DNA of 64,000 bases from Oscillospiraceae bacterium (lineage in GTDB: Bacteria > Bacillota > Clostridia > Saccharofermentanales > Fastidiosipilaceae), in the NCBI GenBank assembly GCA_040766665.1, contig JAXGQD010000006.1, positions 83,093 to 147,092 of the forward strand, given 5' to 3'. The position numbers were made by a program, and so were the translations under genes. The notes under the pieces are model-generated. The model had not been told where the DNA came from. It saw only the letters and a list, made by a program, of their open reading frames with translations, and ran no database searches. Shown here piece after piece: positions 55,880-64,000 of this stretch (positions are counted from its first letter, which is position 1; each line of letters starts with the position of its first letter).

Positions 55880-57322
55880 ATGATTAAGTTCGGTACCGGC
55901 GGTTGGCGCGCCATCATCGGTGATGATTTCGTTAAGTACAACATTCAGCTTTTAGCCGGCGGTTTACTTGAGAAAATTCGTAAGGACGGCCAAACAGCAC
56001 AAAACTTTGTCATCGGCTATGACAGACGTTTTCTTGGCGTACAAGCTGCGGAATGGATAGCAGAAATCATGGCAGCCGGTGGCGTACACACGCAGATTAT
56101 CAATCGTGCGGCACCCACCCCTCTGGTGATGTTTTATGTCCTGAGCAATCATTTGCCCTACGGCTGTTCGGTTACGGCCAGTCATAACCCGGCGATTTAT
56201 AACGGTATTAAGGTTTTTATGGAAGGCGGCCGCGATGCAGATGAAGTCTTGACTGATGAGTTGGAGCACTACATCCGCGTACTGGAAGCGCGCATGCAGG
56301 ACGGTGAACCGCTCACCGAAGTTTTACCCAGCGTCGAATTTGAGGAAGGTCTGAAAAACGGCCAAATCGAATTCATCAATCCCATGAATGCTTATATTGA
56401 TGCGATACTCGACACCGTAGATGTGGAAGCCATCCGTAAAGCCCATCTCAAAGTGGCAATGGACCCCATGTATGGTGTCTCCAAAACCGCTTTGCAGACC
56501 ATTCTTCTGACCATGCGCTGTGAGGTTGATGTCATCCATGACCGCCACGATGCCCTGTTTGGCGGCCGTTTACCCGCACCCAGTGAAAAAACGCTTTCCG
56601 GCTTGACCAACTTTGTCGAAGAAAACAACTGTGATATCGGCATTGCGACGGATGGGGATGCGGACCGTCTGGGCGTCATTGATGACAAATCACAGTTCTT
56701 ACACCCGAATAAGATTCTGGTTTTGCTCTACTACTATCTCCTGAAATATAAAGGCTGGCGGGGAGCCGTTGTGCGCAACGTCGCCACGACCCATATGCTC
56801 GATAAAATCGCGGCTCATTTCGGCCAACAATGTCTGGAAGTGCCGGTTGGCTTTAAAAATATTTCTGCCGGCATGGAAGCCAGCGATGCCATCATCGGCG
56901 GCGAAAGCTCCGGGGGACTGACCGTTAAAGGCCATATTAAAGGCAAAGACGGGATTTATGCCGCCACGCTGCTCATTGAAATGCTGGCCACGACTGGACG
57001 ATCACTTTCAGCCATTTGGAAGGATATTCAGGATGAGTTTGGCATTTTGGAAATGGCTGAAGCGGATTATCGCTTTACCGCACAGCGTAAAAGCGAAATC
57101 AACGAGATCGTCATGGTGCAGCAATTACTGCCTGACTTTGGCTTGGAAATTGAGCGCGTCAGCTATATGGACGGCTGTAAGGTTTACTTCAGTAATGGGG
57201 GCTGGCTGATTTGTCGTTTCTCCGGAACAGAGCCTTTGCTGCGTATCTTTAGTGAGATGACAACCATGGCAGAAGCCCAGCGTGTCATCCAAGTGATGGC
57301 TGACTTTTTAGACTTGGAGTAA
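55880..57322 (+). CDS. Phosphoglucomutase/phosphomannomutase-family phosphohexomutase
   Basis: Active-site TASHNP and the Mg-binding loop GIATDGDADR. I trimmed the start to ATG at 55880. Confidence 0.9.
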   Translation: MIKFGTGGWRAIIGDDFVKYNIQLLAGGLLEKIRKDGQTAQNFVIGYDRRFLGVQAAEWIAEIMAAGGVHTQIINRAAPTPLVMFYVLSNHLPYGCSVTASHNPAIYNGIKVFMEGGRDADEVLTDELEHYIRVLEARMQDGEPLTEVLPSVEFEEGLKNGQIEFINPMNAYIDAILDTVDVEAIRKAHLKVAMDPMYGVSKTALQTILLTMRCEVDVIHDRHDALFGGRLPAPSEKTLSGLTNFVEENNCDIGIATDGDADRLGVIDDKSQFLHPNKILVLLYYYLLKYKGWRGAVVRNVATTHMLDKIAAHFGQQCLEVPVGFKNISAGMEASDAIIGGESSGGLTVKGHIKGKDGIYAATLLIEMLATTGRSLSAIWKDIQDEFGILEMAEADYRFTAQRKSEINEIVMVQQLLPDFGLEIERVSYMDGCKVYFSNGGWLICRFSGTEPLLRIFSEMTTMAEAQRVIQVMADFLDLE

Positions 57323-57415
57323 GCTCTGCATAAAACGGCAGTGCCGATCGAGTTTGAGACCAAAGTGCATAGCGTCTGATTGCTGAGTTTCGGATTATCT
57401 CATTTATATTGCTAC

Positions 57416-58189
57416 TTAACGGTGTACCGGGATGCCCTTTGCTGTCAAAAAGTCTTTTAATTCGGCTATGCTGATGATGCCAAAATGGAAAAGCGAAGCA
57501 GCCAAAACGGCATCACAGGCACCCTCTGTGATGGCGTCATAAAAGTCTTGCAACTGACCCGCTCCGCCCGAGGCGATCAGGGGGATACCCACCGCATCAG
57601 AAACCAACTTGTTCAAAACATTGTCATAGCCGTCGCGCGTGCCGTCCTTATCCATGGAGGTCAGGAGGATTTCTCCGGCGCCCAAAGCTTCGACTTGTTT
57701 CGCCCAATCGACCACATTTAATCCGGTGGCCTTGCTGCCTCCGGCGGTATACACTTCATAAAAACCGCCGCTGCCGTCCGCTGCAGCCACATAGCGGGCG
57801 TCAATGGCGACGACGATGCACTGACTGCCGAATTCGGTCGCGGCCTCTTTGATAAGTTGCGGATTATAGACCGCAGCAGAGTTCAAGGAAACCTTGTCGG
57901 CGCCAGCCAGGAGCAGCCTGCGGATGTCATCGCGATTGCGTATGCCGCCGCCCACAGTAAAGGGAATAAAGACTTCAGCCGCCACTTTTTTGACCATCTC
58001 GACCGTGGTATCACGTTCTTCAAGCGTTGCAGTGATATCCAAGAAGACCAACTCATCCGCCCCTTCGCTGTTGTAGCGCGCTGCAGTCTCAACCGGGTCA
58101 CCGGCATCAATCAGATCCACAAAGTTTACGCCTTTGACCACGCGACCATTTTTAATATCCAGGCAGGGGATGATTCTTTTACTCAACAT
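57416..58189 (-). CDS. hisF: Imidazole glycerol phosphate synthase cyclase subunit
   Basis: 257 aa with [20 protein letters not shown] and the typical (beta/alpha)8 HisF blocks. Confidence 0.9.
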   Translation of the reverse strand: MLSKRIIPCLDIKNGRVVKGVNFVDLIDAGDPVETAARYNSEGADELVFLDITATLEERDTTVEMVKKVAAEVFIPFTVGGGIRNRDDIRRLLLAGADKVSLNSAAVYNPQLIKEAATEFGSQCIVVAIDARYVAAADGSGGFYEVYTAGGSKATGLNVVDWAKQVEALGAGEILLTSMDKDGTRDGYDNVLNKLVSDAVGIPLIASGGAGQLQDFYDAITEGACDAVLAASLFHFGIISIAELKDFLTAKGIPVHR

Positions 58190-58200
58190 AGTTACCTCCT

Positions 58201-58827
58201 TTATGGCGACTCGCGCAGTTCCGCGACGAAGCCCTCCAATATGGCCAAACCGACCGCCCCGCTTTTTTCGGGATGAAACTGGTAAGCCCTGATGTTCTGA
58301 TGCTTGATAGCAGCGGGAAAATCGATTTCATAATGGCAAAAGGCTGAAGTCACAGCCTTATCCTGCGGTTGTACAAAATATGAGTGCACGAAATACAATT
58401 CACTGCCATCCTCTAGCAGCGGGTCACTACAATCAAAGACCTGATTCCAACCCATATGCGGAATTTTTGCGTGCGAAGCGGCTGAAAAAGCATCCCTAAA
58501 AGCGAGTACTTCGCCAGCCAATAAACCCAGGCCCTGCTCCTTACCCTCTGCACTGCGCTCGAATAAGAGTTGCATTCCTAAACAGATGCCCAGGAAGGGT
58601 TTTCCGCTAGCGGCAAAAGCACGCAAAGATTCGTCTAATCCGTTGCTGCGCAAGGCTTTGACGGCATCGTCAAAAGCTCCCACGCCGGGCAAAATCAGGG
58701 CACCACAAGCCTCCAAGTCAGCAGGCGTGCTGACGACCTGAAAGGGGGCGTTGAGGTAATTGAGGGCATTCGCCACCGAAGCCAAATTGCCGCGTCCATA
58801 ATCAATCAATGCAATCATGCCCATCAT
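58201..58827 (-). CDS. hisH: Imidazole glycerol phosphate synthase glutamine amidotransferase subunit
   Basis: [10 protein letters not shown], the catalytic Cys in GICLGMQLL, and HSY. The exact start is uncertain (58827, 58824 or 58818). Confidence 0.9.
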   Translation of the reverse strand: MMGMIALIDYGRGNLASVANALNYLNAPFQVVSTPADLEACGALILPGVGAFDDAVKALRSNGLDESLRAFAASGKPFLGICLGMQLLFERSAEGKEQGLGLLAGEVLAFRDAFSAASHAKIPHMGWNQVFDCSDPLLEDGSELYFVHSYFVQPQDKAVTSAFCHYEIDFPAAIKHQNIRAYQFHPEKSGAVGLAILEGFVAELRESP

Positions 58828-58999
58828 TTTAACTTGAGCGCTTCAAAGTGCAAGCGCTATTGCAGTATAAAGCGTATTGCTTTTGTGTTTTTTGCCCCTA
58901 TGAGGCGAGTTCCCATGAAGCTTACGGAAGCATAGCGTAAGCGCTGCAAGAGGGGGTGGCTGTGCTATACTCGGCATATGCAAACAGCGGGAGGAATAT

Positions 59000-60190
59000 A
59001 TGAGAATAGGTATTTTTACAGATGCTTACATCCCTCAAATCGGCGGCGTATCCACATCTTGTCTCTTGCTAAAAAACGAATTAACCAAACTGGGCCACAA
59101 GGTCTACGTTTTTACCACCACGGACCCTGGCGCACCCAGCGAAGAGCACGGTGTCATCCGTGTGCCGAGTCTGCCTTTTGTCAGCTCGAAACGCGTCGCG
59201 GTGAACTATAACCCCATGCTGAGTCGCAGGGTAAAAAAATTGGAACTGGATTTGATCCACACCCAAACGGAGTTTGGTTTAGGCATCTTCGGGCGCAGTA
59301 TTTGCCGCCAGACCGGGATACCGCATGTGCACACCTACCACACCATTTATGAAGACTGGCTGCACGGCCAGCTGAAAAAAGGGCCAATCGACCTCATCGC
59401 CAGAAACGGTGCGCGTCGCCTCAGTGCTACTTTCTGTAATTCGGCTCAGCATATCATCGCTCCCACCGAGAAAACGCGCCGCCTGCTCATTGATTATGGC
59501 GTGACCAAACCCATCGATATCATTCCGACAGGGATAGAATTGGCAAAATTCAGCCACGCCCGCCAAGACCACGAAAAAATTGCGCAAATCCGCAGTAGTT
59601 TAGAAATTGCAGCGCATGAGAAAGTCTTGCTTTATCTGGGCCGCATTTCCGACGAAAAAGGCCTGCGCGAGCTCTTTCAGGACGTCATGCCCATCTTAAA
59701 AGAAAAGCCCGAGCTGCGCTTTGTGCTGGTAGGTGAGGGGCCTTTGCGCGGTGAACTGATGCGCATTTCTGAGTCGAGCAAATTAAACGGACAAATCTTT
59801 TTTACCGGCGGCGTTGCCCTTGAAAAGGTGCCCTATCTCTACGCCATCGCCGACGTCTTTACCAGTGCCTCACGCAGTGAAACCCAGGGTCTGACCTACA
59901 TTGAGGCTTTGGCCACGGGTGTACCGATTTTGGTGCGCCGCGATGAAGCCTTGGAAGGAGTCGTGCAGGAAGGCCATAACGGCTACTACTTTGAAGACGA
60001 TGCCAGCTTCAGGACAGGCTTGGAAAAGCTCTTAGCCCTCGGGACAGAGGACTATCGAGCGATGTCTGCAGAGGCGGTGAGCTCAAGCGAAAAGTATTCG
60101 GTCGAGGGTTTTGCCAAAGCGATTGAAGGGGTTTATGAAAGGCAAATTGAAGCGGGCGGTCGTTTCGGGAAACAGCGCCAGTCTTTATAG
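59000..60190 (+). CDS. GT4-family glycosyltransferase (glycosyl-diacylglycerol synthase-like)
   Basis: MRIGIFTDAYIPQIGGVSTS N-terminus and the E-x7-E region ..SETQGLTYIEALATGVPIL... GGGAGG RBS. Confidence 0.8.
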   Translation: MRIGIFTDAYIPQIGGVSTSCLLLKNELTKLGHKVYVFTTTDPGAPSEEHGVIRVPSLPFVSSKRVAVNYNPMLSRRVKKLELDLIHTQTEFGLGIFGRSICRQTGIPHVHTYHTIYEDWLHGQLKKGPIDLIARNGARRLSATFCNSAQHIIAPTEKTRRLLIDYGVTKPIDIIPTGIELAKFSHARQDHEKIAQIRSSLEIAAHEKVLLYLGRISDEKGLRELFQDVMPILKEKPELRFVLVGEGPLRGELMRISESSKLNGQIFFTGGVALEKVPYLYAIADVFTSASRSETQGLTYIEALATGVPILVRRDEALEGVVQEGHNGYYFEDDASFRTGLEKLLALGTEDYRAMSAEAVSSSEKYSVEGFAKAIEGVYERQIEAGGRFGKQRQSL

Positions 60191-60235
60191 CAGGCGGATA
60201 CCGTGTAGATTGCTGCGTTGCTGCGCAGCGCAGAC

Positions 60236-60607
60236 TCAGCGTTCCGGGACGATTTCTAACCAGTAACCGTCGGGATCGGCAATGAAATAGAGCCCCATGG
60301 CGGTGTTTTCGTAGACGATGCAGCCCATTTCTTTATGTTTGGCATAGGCGGCCTCGTAATCGTCGACGCGGAAGCAGATATGACTTTCATTTTCACCCAG
60401 ATTGTAGGGGCGGTCTGCATGGTCACGCAGCCATGTCAGCTCAATCTGGAATTGTTCGTCTGCATCGCTCATAAAAGTAAGTACAAAGGAGCCGTCATCG
60501 GCTGCTTTTTCGCGCATGACTTTGAGACCCAAGGCTTCCTTATAAAAAGCGACGGCCTTTTCGCGGTTTTGGACATTGATATTGCAATGGACAATTTTAA
60601 AATTCAT
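60236..60607 (-). CDS. VOC-family protein (glyoxalase I-like)
   Basis: 123 aa with glyoxalase/bleomycin-resistance fold sequence features (..HCNINV.., ..HICF.., ..DPDGYWLEIV..). Confidence 0.75.
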   Translation of the reverse strand: MNFKIVHCNINVQNREKAVAFYKEALGLKVMREKAADDGSFVLTFMSDADEQFQIELTWLRDHADRPYNLGENESHICFRVDDYEAAYAKHKEMGCIVYENTAMGLYFIADPDGYWLEIVPER

Positions 60608-60683
60608 CGGGAAATCTCCTTTTGCCTTTGATCTGCTGATAAAGCGGCACTGCCTCTAGGGCTTGCGCTCGCCCCTATTCAGC

Positions 60684-61865
60684 TTATTCCGAGATGTAAT
60701 TCGTCATGAGTTTACTATAGCGTACTTCCTCACCCTTAATCCAGAGCGCGGCCACCCCGTCCAGGCTGTCGATGAAGGCCAATCCTTCTTCAAAACTCAT
60801 GTTAAAAAGCGCTGTCGTCAAACTATCGGCAAAACCCGAGCTCGGCGCAATAATCGTCACCGCATCAAACTCAAACTTCGGAAAGAGGGTTTCCGGGTGA
60901 ATAATGTGGTGGTAACGCACCCCATCGACGTCGTAATAGCGCTCGTACACGCCGGAAGAAACAACGGCCATGTCGTGCACTCTGACAAGGCGGATGTACT
61001 CTGAATTCGTACTGTCTGCGGGATCCTGAATACCGACATTCCACGCTTCGGCTTTGCCATCACGGTAACCGATGGCGCGCACGTTGCCGCCTACACTGAT
61101 GAGGGCGTTCTTCAGTCCTTTTTCTTCAAGTTCCTGAGCGACAAGTTCACAGCCTAAACCTTTGGCACCGGAACCCACGTCCAGGCTCATGTGGCTGTCG
61201 GGCAAAAAAACCGTGCTCTGCGCTTTGTCGATCTGGATTTTGTCAATATCCGTATATTGATCGGCCTCCTCCAACTCACTCAGCGCGGGAAGTTTCGCCA
61301 ACTGTGGCTGGTCGATGCCTGCCTCGCGGTAATCATGCCAAATCTCCAGCACCGGCCCAAAAGCGACGTTGACATAGCCTTTACTGAGGCGGTTGGCTTC
61401 GATGCATTGCTCAAGCAATTGAATGATGGCCGGATCCACCTTCACGGGCGCAAGGCCTGCCTGGTCGTTGATGGTTTTGATGTTGTTAACGCCTTCATAG
61501 TTATTAAAGCTGTCAAAGAGCTGATGGTAGTGGGTTAAGCGGTTTTTGATCTCATCGAGATAAGCTTTGAATTCTGTTTCGCTGTCAGTCAATGCGATGA
61601 CCGTGGTGACCGTATCAAAGACACCCAGAAATTGGCCGCGGAAACGTTCCGCCTGTGCCGGGCTATTGCTTAGGCTAGTGTTGCCGCTCTCTGAGCTCAC
61701 CGTCACCGTTGTATTCGTCTCGGCACCGACGCTTTTCACTGTGCTGCTGTCAGTACCGGTATTTGCAGGATTGCAGCTCACCAGAATGAGGGTCAGTGAG
61801 AGAAGTACGGGCATGATTAAGGATTTCAACTTGGTTTTAGTGTGATTTTTTTTGGCAAAATACAT
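60684..61865 (-). CDS. FAD:protein FMN transferase (ApbE-family) lipoprotein
   Basis: Lipobox LILVSC and an ApbE-like core (..DVGSGAKGLG.., ..VSSGVYERYY..). I chose ATG at 61865; the track start at 61886 is a GTG that overlaps the GGAGGAG RBS. Confidence 0.8.
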   Translation of the reverse strand: MYFAKKNHTKTKLKSLIMPVLLSLTLILVSCNPANTGTDSSTVKSVGAETNTTVTVSSESGNTSLSNSPAQAERFRGQFLGVFDTVTTVIALTDSETEFKAYLDEIKNRLTHYHQLFDSFNNYEGVNNIKTINDQAGLAPVKVDPAIIQLLEQCIEANRLSKGYVNVAFGPVLEIWHDYREAGIDQPQLAKLPALSELEEADQYTDIDKIQIDKAQSTVFLPDSHMSLDVGSGAKGLGCELVAQELEEKGLKNALISVGGNVRAIGYRDGKAEAWNVGIQDPADSTNSEYIRLVRVHDMAVVSSGVYERYYDVDGVRYHHIIHPETLFPKFEFDAVTIIAPSSGFADSLTTALFNMSFEEGLAFIDSLDGVAALWIKGEEVRYSKLMTNYISE

Positions 61866-61986
61866 GGATTTAGGATTCTCCTCCACAAGCTTGCAAGCAG
61901 ACTCGAGCCAAGCGCTGTGCGTGCGGGGAATCTGTTTACAGCAGTCAATTATAACGGATTTGAGAGCGCTCTGCTCGGAATTAACT

Positions 61987-62059
61987 TGTCGCGTTGCTTG
62001 GGTGCTTGAGAATCCGCTTTGGAGTCCGATCCGTCGCAGCGGGTTTCGCGCGACTCCGC
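61987..62059. repeat. REP-like GC-rich hairpin units (2 copies, the first degenerate)
   Basis: TGTCGCGTTGCTTGGGTGCTTGAGAATCCGC (61987-62017) and CGTCGCAGCGGGTTTCGCGCGACTCCGC (62032-62059). They have the same position relative to the flavour-A element as at 43.4 kb. Confidence 0.7.
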
Positions 62060-62088
62060 TTAGTTTGAAGGGCTCGAGGGGGTTTTAA

Positions 62089-62289
62089 CTACAATTTTTA
62101 CGTTTGTACAAAGTTTTTATTCGATAAGGCCTTCAAATCGCCGCGTTTTCAGGGTTTTTACTACATTTTTGACGATTTAACAAATTGGAGTTTGTAGAAT
62201 CGAAAATAGTGTAGTTGAAATCATCGAATGATAATGTGAGAGCCTCGATTCAGAGGTACGTATTTGTACAAACGTAAAAACTGCAGTAG
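62089..62289. repeat. 201-bp long-palindromic intergenic element, flavour A, copy 2
   Basis: CTACAATTTTTACGTTTGTACAAA (62089-62112), CTACATTTTTGACGATTTAACAAA (62161-62184), TTTGTAGAATCGAAAATAGTGTAG (62191-62214), TTTGTACAAACGTAAAAACTGCAGTAG (62263-62289). Same orientation and length as copy 1. Confidence 0.85.
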
Positions 62290-62365
62290 CGGAAGGAGTT
62301 CAAATTCGCTGTGGTGCCGCGGTCGTCGCCGGCTTGTGACTTTTGCCCGCGTGCTTTCGCATATA

Positions 62366-62399
62366 CAAAAAAAGAGGCTGCCATTCCTGACAGCCCCTC
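62366..62399 (-). terminator. Rho-independent terminator of the lipoprotein gene
   Basis: The minus strand reads GAGGGGCTGTC-AGGAAT-GGCAGCCTC followed by T7. Confidence 0.8.
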
Positions 62400-62422
62400 A
62401 TTAAGGCAGAAGCAGTGATAGA

Positions 62423-63574
62423 TTATTTCGCAGACTCGAAAGCCTTCGCTGCTGTGGTGATGAAATCGTTGACGTGAACGGTGACGGAGCTGAGCAGGTC
62501 AGCATCGGTCACATGGCCGGTATCGTCGAGCGTAGTGCCGGCGATTTCTTCAGCAGTTTTGCCAACAAAATATTGGGCAAAAGCATCAGCCTGTTCATTC
62601 CATTCTTTGCCGATAGCAGAAGCTTTCTTCATGCCATAGCCTTCGCCAATCACATTCTTGGAGCTGAGCACAGCAGTGGTGTCACTGGTGATAGCGCCGG
62701 TAGCGTCGAATTTTACTACGCCTTGTGCAGCGTCATTGATGGCGGAAGTGACTTTGCCTTCGCCGTTAACGGTCAAAGCAGTGAAGTATTCGTAAACTTG
62801 GACAGTTCCGACTTCGGGATTTCTCTCGTCTTCACCAACACTCTTGGTACCGTTCAAGCTGGCTACGGTGCCGAGACCGAGTTTGTCGCCTTCGCCTGCG
62901 CCAATAGCTTTGGCATTGTTCACAGCCAATTCAATGGTGTCGATGGTGTCGTTGATGTGGATCGAAACGCCGGCCAGCGCGTCAACTGCATCGGGTACGC
63001 CTTCAGCGGTCAATTTGGTGGCTTTGATTTCTTCGATGGTCTTGCCTTTGGCATATTCTTCCAAAGTCTTGGCTTGATCCATCCAGTTCATGCCATAGTC
63101 AGCACCCAGTTCCTGTTTGGTCATAAAGGTGGTGGCCATGTCGGTGGTCACTTTGCCGGTGGCATCAAAGTTAGCATCGGCGCGCAGTGCGTCAATCTTG
63201 ATGTCAGCAATGGTGCCGTCTTCAGCGACGAGCACAGCAACGATACTGGACTCGATGGTCGCTACGCCGGGTTCTTCAGCGGTAGCCGCTTTGGACTTAC
63301 CGGTGACGGTGTTGACGGCCAAACCGGTTTTCATGCCGCCAGCTGCGGGAGCCGCGGTGGTTTCTGCCACGGTGGTTTCAACGGCAGCTGCTGTGGTTTC
63401 AGTCGCTGCGGCTGTGGTTTCGGCTACGGGAGCCGCGGTGGTTTCAACGGCTGCTGCCGTGGTCGCTGCTGCAGTGGTAGCAGCCGCTGTGGTTGCTGCT
63501 CCGCCACAGGCAGCCAGACCCATGAACAGAGTCAGAGCTGTTGCGAGAGCAATGATTTTCTTGTAATTACGCAT
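62423..63574 (-). CDS. Lipoprotein with two divergent FMN_bind-like repeats (candidate flavinylation substrate)
   Basis: Lipobox GLAACGG, an Ala/Thr-rich linker, then two repeats of about 140 aa. Each ends in ..(F/Y)..GKT.EEI..(20 aa)..D(A/L)L(A/S)(G/S)V(S/T)(I/V)H(I/V)ND.., which resembles the FMN_bind ..GK...VDA(V/I)SGAT(I/V).. layout. Confidence 0.5.
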   Translation of the reverse strand: MRNYKKIIALATALTLFMGLAACGGAATTAAATTAAATTAAAVETTAAPVAETTAAATETTAAAVETTVAETTAAPAAGGMKTGLAVNTVTGKSKAATAEEPGVATIESSIVAVLVAEDGTIADIKIDALRADANFDATGKVTTDMATTFMTKQELGADYGMNWMDQAKTLEEYAKGKTIEEIKATKLTAEGVPDAVDALAGVSIHINDTIDTIELAVNNAKAIGAGEGDKLGLGTVASLNGTKSVGEDERNPEVGTVQVYEYFTALTVNGEGKVTSAINDAAQGVVKFDATGAITSDTTAVLSSKNVIGEGYGMKKASAIGKEWNEQADAFAQYFVGKTAEEIAGTTLDDTGHVTDADLLSSVTVHVNDFITTAAKAFESAK

Positions 63575-63765
63575 ATCTTTCCTCCTGAGTTTTTATCAAT
63601 GGTAAGTGACGGAATAAATGTGTCCATTCGTTGCCGACACGCATTGATTCTATCTGCGCTTTACGCATCGTCATATTATACAGACTTACTAGGTTGAAAT
63701 CTATATTATTTTTCCCGAATTAGCAAAATTATTTTCTGAGAATTTTAGCGATTATAGAGAAAGCA

Positions 63766-64000
63766 TTATGAGGTCTTTTTCGCGGTACACTCCGGGCAAA
63801 GACCGATGAATTTCAAGTCAGCTCGTGTTAGATGAAAATCTGTCATTCCTTCAATATTGGCAAAATACTCGCTGATGCGATTCTGCAGGCCTTGATCGAA
63901 GATGTCCATGATTTTTCCGCAGTTTTCGCAGACGGCATGACTGTGCTCTCCGGTATGTATATCAAAATGAGTAGGCTCGCCGTCGATAACCACGCGCCCC
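63766..64000 (-). CDS. Fur-family metalloregulator, C-terminal part (5' end outside window)
   Basis: ..HSHAVCENCGKI..(35 aa)..GLCPECT.. matches the HxH plus CxxC...CxxC pattern of Fur/PerR/Zur dimerisation domains. The frame is open to the window edge. Confidence 0.7.
   Translation of the reverse strand, partial: GRVVIDGEPTHFDIHTGEHSHAVCENCGKIMDIFDQGLQNRISEYFANIEGMTDFHLTRADLKFIGLCPECTAKKTS

Noticed and set aside
62474-63697. 407-aa Gly/Cys/Ser-rich ORF on the plus strand
   Set aside because: It is the mirror image of the Ala/Thr-rich lipoprotein gene on the minus strand. That minus-strand gene has a lipobox, an RBS and a terminator.
63575-63765. Fur/PerR/Zur box in the gap between the Fur-family gene and the lipoprotein gene
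   Set aside because: This is AT-rich sequence with no convincing 7-1-7 or 19-bp palindrome matching the Fur, PerR or Zur consensus as I remember them.

Overview
The window looks like bacterial chromosome from a Firmicutes/Clostridia-like organism. This is inferred from the sufC-D-S-U-B gene order, GGAGG ribosome-binding sites and lipoprotein signal peptides; no species call is possible. It has two compositionally different parts. Part 1 (1 to ~19.95 kb) is low GC: my hand counts of sample 60-nt lines give about 33-43%. It is an accessory catabolic island containing polyol/alcohol dehydrogenases, a LarA-like protein, a GntR regulator, a Liv-type ABC transporter, and a transaldolase-like protein followed by a CoA-acylating aldehyde dehydrogenase and a SucCD-like ligase. 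A divergent RpiR / 2-keto-3-deoxy-sugar-acid kinase / hydroxyacid dehydrogenase unit and a KDPG-type aldolase complete it. The island ends at an IS3-family element (19969-21396). Part 2 (21.4-64 kb) is about 55-60% GC by the same hand counts and mostly housekeeping: M29 aminopeptidase, fumC, an EF-G paralog, a GT2 plus polytopic-GT pair, a complete pstSCAB-phoU-phoPR block, sufCDSUB, purA, phosphohexomutase, hisHF, a GT4, ApbE with a two-repeat lipoprotein, and a Fur-family fragment. Every large intergenic gap of the high-GC part (about 32.2-32.7, 43.4-44.1, 53.5-53.9 and 61.9-62.4 kb) holds a modular repeat system that I do not recognise. It consists of four ~200-bp long-palindromic elements with identical geometry in two sequence flavours, flanked by ~31-nt GC-rich hairpin (REP-like) units. 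About seven genes are disrupted as assembled. The frameshifts I could localise sit at short homopolymer runs, which points to assembly error; two in-frame stop codons cannot be explained that way. No rRNA, tRNA, CRISPR array, cas gene or recognisable defence system was found.
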